This document shows positions 62,201 to 64,000 of a stretch of 64,000 nt of DNA, piece by piece; within the stretch, counting starts at the first letter, position 1; every line of letters begins with the position of its first letter. The notes beneath the pieces were generated by a model. The model saw only the letters and a program-made list of their open reading frames with translations, was not told the DNA's origin and did no database searches. The stretch is taken from contig NC_086106.1 of the NCBI RefSeq assembly GCF_963921235.1, positions 19,282,001 through 19,346,000 of the forward strand. The letters run 5' to 3'. The stretch is from Mobula hypostoma. Its lineage: Eukaryota. The position numbers and the translations under genes are program-made.

Positions 62201-62429
62201 TCAAACCACAGATCCAAATCTGTTGCAGATTATTATGAACTGAGTTTAAATTTGTCGGTTTTGTTGTGGTGGTATCCGTGGACTGCTCATCCATCCCTCT
62301 GCACTACTCATCTGCTTTGATGTACTGCCCTGTTTCCCATCACTCCGAATCCAACCTTGTGCCTGTCCATTGGATCACTGTGTCCACGGTGTCCTGGACA
62401 ATATTTCTCCTTCAATAACATCACCAGAA

Positions 62430-62590
62430 CAGACTGCCTGATGGTTCTCACCTTGCAGTTTGTGGATTCTGCTGTGTGCAGAGTGGCTCCACATTCCCGA
62501 CTCTACAACAGGGCTGAACTTTGAAACTACTTCATTGCCTGTGAAGAGCTCGGGGGGACCATGAAAGGTGCTCAGTAAATGTCAGCACTT
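62430..62590 (+). repeat. SINE 3' tail remnant (DeuSINE/L2-tail-like)
   Basis: TTGCAGTTTGTGG...GCTGTGTGCAGAGTGGCT...CTTTGAAACTACTTCATTG.CTGTGAAGAGCT...GAAAGGTGCTCAGTAAAT resembles recalled shark SINE tails. Confidence 0.45.
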
Positions 62591-64000
62591 TATCGCACAA
62601 CCACTTTTACTGAATCACCAGCAACACTGGTTAATGTAGGAAAGCACTTGTTAAACAAACCCAGTCGGGGGGTGGAGGAGGGCAAGGAATTAGAGCAGTT
62701 GCTCTGTCTGTGAACTGAGAATAAGCAGTTCATTTGAACAGTAAAGTTCAACTCGTGTCCCGTGAGTGTGTGATGGGACAGGTTGGGGGAAGCTTCACTC
62801 TGTGTCTAACCTCTGCTGCCCCTGTCCTGGGAAGGATGGGACAGTGCAGAACGATCTTTGTATCTAATCCGTGGCTGCCAGAACAGGACATGGGAGTTGT
62901 AATCTACATTTAACTCATGCTCTGTGTACTCTGGGGTGCTTGTTGGAATCCCTTTGAGGAAGAATTTCCCAGATTTACAAGATAAATACTGATTCCATTG
63001 AATGACAGAGCAGAGAGTGAGGCCATTCCTCTGATAGTGTCTGTGCTTCCCTTTAGCTGAGCAAACCCAACAAACCCATTGGTCTCTCTGCTCTTCCCTG
63101 TATCCCCACAAAAGGCGGATCTCCTCTTGTTCCCTCTCTACACTCACTATTGGCCACCACCATCATTCAGGCAGTGTGTTCCAGATCACAAACGTTCATC
63201 AACAAACCTTCCCTTAAATGCTCCCCTATTACACATGAATGACTTAAACGCTTCCCTCCCCACCCCACCTGCACCACTCCCCACTCCCCCACCCACCAAT
63301 GCAAGGCTGCCCGGAATGTGTGAAGGAATTGTGATTTCAATTCCCTGCCTTACCTTTCCTGCACCACTTCCCCACTGCCTTCCCAACTCCAAAATTCTTC
63401 CCCACCGTACCCCACCTCCTCACCTATCAGGGAATAAAACTAAAACCTTAATCCCATCAATTAATCCGATACTTTTGCTGTATCCCGGGACGGACCTCAC
63501 GCCTGACATTACATGATGGGACTGACACCCACCTGTACCCTGGGGATACTGAGCCATCAACCAGATCATACATGTGTACACCATTCCCTCAGATTATGTC
63601 TGAATCCCATTACCTTCAACATGAAAGCAGCCGACAGTAAAACCCGATCCCAATAACTTGACACTGAACAGATCCATTGTTGTCACCGACAGGGAACAAG
63701 TTCAACTGCACTGAAACGCTCAGCCCCTGAACGTGGCTTCAGTCGGTGCTGAGGATCAGAAACCAGACTCGAACCAAACACTGAGCTCACTCAGCACAAT
63801 CGGCCGGTGTCAAGGCACAGTCTGGTGACAAGATCCGACCCCATTCCCCTGAGCCTGTTCCCGGTCTGTGGACAGTTCACTGGTGGGTGGGGTATGTACC
63901 CTTGTACTGTTACTGGGCTCCAGAGAAACCCGCCGGTTCGGGGAGATTCATGTACTTGCGCTAAATATCTCACTGATTTCAGGCGAATCACCGAATTCGC

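Noticed and set aside
56311-64000. V, D or J segments and RSS upstream of CH1
   Set aside because: No WGxG-type J ORF with a donor was found. The CACAGTG heptamers at about 56489 and 59073 lack a nonamer at 12 or 22/23 spacing. The segments are probably beyond the window.

Overview
Repeat-rich cartilaginous-fish genomic DNA (probably a ray; this is inferred from the repeat content) containing the complete constant region of an IgW heavy-chain minilocus on the minus strand. Exon order in transcription direction: CH1 (56014-56310), CH2, a Cys-rich secretory exon, CH3, CH4, a 4-codon tail exon candidate, CH5, CH6 with tailpiece, then a SECOND diverged CH3'-CH4' pair, a tail exon with a penultimate Cys, TM1 (38154-38296), and a candidate TM2 about 24.5 kb further on (13667-13678) across a nest of retroelements. 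No V, D or J segment or RSS was found, so they probably lie beyond position 64000. The rest is mostly CR1/L2-type and Rex1/Babar-type LINEs, Gypsy LTR elements, Penelope-like and DeuSINE-like remnants. Two observations stand out. (1) A 4.1-kb non-autonomous Gypsy element (two LTRs, perfect tRNA-Pro PBS, PPT, 4-bp TSD) whose pol frame runs in-frame into intronless, spliced-together pieces of a sarcomeric myosin heavy-chain rod (MYH16-like), i.e. apparent host-gene capture. (2) The duplicated CH3'-CH4'-tail cassette lies 3' of a terminal secretory exon that has no splice donor, so it can only be reached by skipping that exon. All alignments and identities were made by eye, comparator proteins and repeat consensuses are recalled rather than searched, and repeat boundaries are approximate.
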